A program made the translations under genes and the position numbers. Below the pieces are notes generated by a model. That model searched no databases. It was not told where the DNA came from and saw only the letters and a program-made list of their open reading frames with translations. From Thermotogota bacterium (lineage in GTDB: Bacteria; Thermotogota; Thermotogae; Petrotogales; Kosmotogaceae), in the NCBI GenBank assembly GCA_034660555.1, contig JAYEJL010000081.1:1-50856 (forward strand): a DNA stretch of 50,856 nt, read 5' to 3'. Below, piece after piece: positions 49,594 to 50,856 of this stretch. How positions within the stretch are numbered: position 1 is the first letter of the stretch; each line of letters begins with the position of its first letter.

Positions 49594-50240
49594 AAAGAAT
49601 AATCAGTTCACTCTTTCCTAATTTTTGCGAATCTTGCTCAAAGCCCACTATGCCATTTAGCTTTCTTTGTGATGACTGTAAAAAATCTATTGTTGGCCCT
49701 CTTAAACAAGATTTTTCTATACCCGGAACCGAAACAGTTCGTTCCTACTCATGGTATGAACCACCTTTTAGTGACATGATCAAAGCATATAAATTTCATA
49801 ATCGGGAAAGAATTTCACGTTGGCTTGCTGAAAGACTTTTTTTACTGCTGATAGAGACGATACCAGAAAGTATTCGTACAAAACCGGTAATAATACCTGT
49901 TCCAACAACAATCACAGCATTAAGAGAAAGAGGTTACGATACAAATAGAAAAATCCTTAAAATCCTTTCCAGGAAACTCCAGTTCACACTTCTTGAACCG
50001 CTTATAGCAACAGGACGACACTCCCCTCAAACACTTCTAAATAAAGACGAAAGAAAGAAAACACAGGGAAAGTTCAAACTCCGTTCTAACACCGTCAAAC
50101 TTCCTGAGGAAGTCATTCTTTTCGATGATGTTCTCACTACGGGAACAACAATCAAAGACTGTATTAAAACATTAAAATCAGGAGGAATTGAAAAATTTCA
50201 CATAAGAACTCTCGCCCGTACAAGAGATAAATCTGCATAA
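49584..50240 (+). CDS. comF: ComF family phosphoribosyltransferase-like competence protein
   Basis: CESC...CDDC zinc ribbon, YKF, IIPVP, RGYD, FDDVLTTGTT. Confidence 0.9.
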   Translation: MVIERIISSLFPNFCESCSKPTMPFSFLCDDCKKSIVGPLKQDFSIPGTETVRSYSWYEPPFSDMIKAYKFHNRERISRWLAERLFLLLIETIPESIRTKPVIIPVPTTITALRERGYDTNRKILKILSRKLQFTLLEPLIATGRHSPQTLLNKDERKKTQGKFKLRSNTVKLPEEVILFDDVLTTGTTIKDCIKTLKSGGIEKFHIRTLARTRDKSA

Positions 50241-50242
50241 AT

Positions 50243-50267
50243 AAAAAAAGAGGGTCATAAGACCCTC
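50243..50267 (-). terminator. Terminator after tRNA-Gln (may also serve comF)
   Basis: GAGGGTC-ATAA-GACCCTC with an A7 run on the left (U tract on the minus strand). Confidence 0.85.
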
Positions 50268-50269
50268 AC

Positions 50270-50343
50270 TGGCTGGGAGGGGAGGACTCGAACCTCCACC
50301 GGCGGATCCAGAGTCCGCTGTCCTACCATTAGACGACCTCCCA
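50270..50343 (-). tRNA. tRNA-Gln (anticodon CTG)
   Basis: Minus strand TGGGAGGTCGTCTAATGGTAGGACA, anticodon arm GCGGA-CTCTGGA-TCCGC, GGTTCGAGTCC T-arm, ending CTCCCAGCCA. Confidence 0.97.
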
Positions 50344-50354
50344 AAGGCAAAACC

Positions 50355-50383
50355 ATTATATTATACAGCTTTAGCGGTGTCAA
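50355..50383 (-). promoter_or_regulatory. Consensus sigma70 promoter of tRNA-Gln
   Basis: Minus strand TTGACA (50383-50378), 17 bp spacer, TATAAT (50360-50355). Confidence 0.9.
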
Positions 50384-50402
50384 GCGAATAAAATGCAAAA
50401 CA

Positions 50403-50725
50403 CGTTGTACGTGTTTAATACCGTTGTGCGTTGTTGGTTGTTCGTTGTACGTGAAGTACAAAAAAACATAAAACCCTTGATATGCGCCTTGAGGAGCAGG
50501 CGGATATGCTGCTTGAGAGACAGCAGGATATACGAGCTACGCTCGGATTTGCGCTTTCAGCGGATAATGCTAAAAATCGGGTTTGGGGTATAGGGTTTAT
50601 CAAGAAATAAAAAAAACGTCCAACGCTGACGCTTGGTCCATCGTCCAACGCTTGCCCCTGGCAAGCTTCATCCATCGATGGTTCAAAAGACGTGAACCGT
50701 GAACCGTTTTCCGTTGACCGATTGG
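50403..50725. repeat. Mosaic of degenerate 7-nt tandem repeats and small GC-rich hairpins
   Basis: CGTTGTG-CGTTGTT-GGTTGTT-CGTTGTA (50422-50449); CGTCCAA/GGTCCAT/CGTCCAA (50617-50648); CGTGAAC-CGTGAAC-CGTTTTC-CGTTGAC (50691-50718); hairpins CGAGC-TAC-GCTCG and GCTTGCC-CCT-GGCAAGC. Confidence 0.7.
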
Positions 50726-50729
50726 TTCT

Positions 50730-50856
50730 CGTTCTGACCCCCTAAAATTGGACACGGAACAATAACAATCACCTTTTTACTATGATTATCTTTGAATTAT
50801 TACCCTTTTCCTTGTAAGCCATGGGGGTTTCATAATTCAAAGATGCATGTGGCCTC
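50730..50856 (-). mobile_element. Right end of an IS3-family insertion sequence (cut by window edge)
   Basis: Minus frame 50855-50769 encodes RPHASLNYETPMAYKEKGNNSKIIIVKR*, matching the RPHxxLxYxTP tail of the integrase core. IR-like CGTTCTGACCCCCTAAAATTGGACAC at 50730-50755. Confidence 0.8.

Noticed and set aside
46892..50343. Genomic island between the two tRNAs
   Set aside because: No integrase, no duplicated tRNA 3' end seen, and dinG/comF look native in composition.
50255..50675. ORFs 50255-50461, 50393-50593 and 50415-50675
   Set aside because: They overlap the tRNA, its promoter or the repeat mosaic; no SD or protein-like signal.
50403..50725. CRISPR array
   Set aside because: Repeat units are 7-11 nt without regular unique spacers, and no cas genes are in the window.

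Overview
A gene-dense, AT-rich stretch of core bacterial chromosome. The gene complement and style (strong GGAGGTG Shine-Dalgarno sites, frequent TTG/GTG starts, overlapping genes, a DUF4897-like protein) suggest Thermotogota, probably Kosmotoga/Mesotoga-like; this is inference, not a database result. It holds about 50 mostly housekeeping CDSs: scpA-scpB-rluB, trpS, cobB, prmC, mazG, rnhB, serS, rsmE, prfA, pilT, lon, yihA, tsaE, glpK, nrdD-nrdG with NrdR boxes, surE-def-fmt, dinG, comF, three glycoside hydrolases and an M6 metalloprotease. It also has tRNA-Leu(GAG), tRNA-Gln(CTG), and the right end of an IS3-family element at the edge. I found no CRISPR, prophage or recognisable defence island. 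The most interesting items are: (i) an 816-aa exported protein with an apparently inactive peptidase-like N-domain, a propeller-like middle and a beta-barrel-like C-terminus, heading an SCP2/DsrE/LUD/acylphosphatase run, plus an LptA-like protein elsewhere in the window (candidate envelope lipid-handling components); (ii) an acylphosphatase missing from the ORF track that has no ATG/GTG/TTG start; (iii) an 8-bp duplication that truncates a DnaQ-like exonuclease; (iv) a heptamer-repeat and mini-hairpin mosaic next to the IS end; (v) a degenerate orphan ABC ATPase. I cannot claim a proven novel system from sequence alone.
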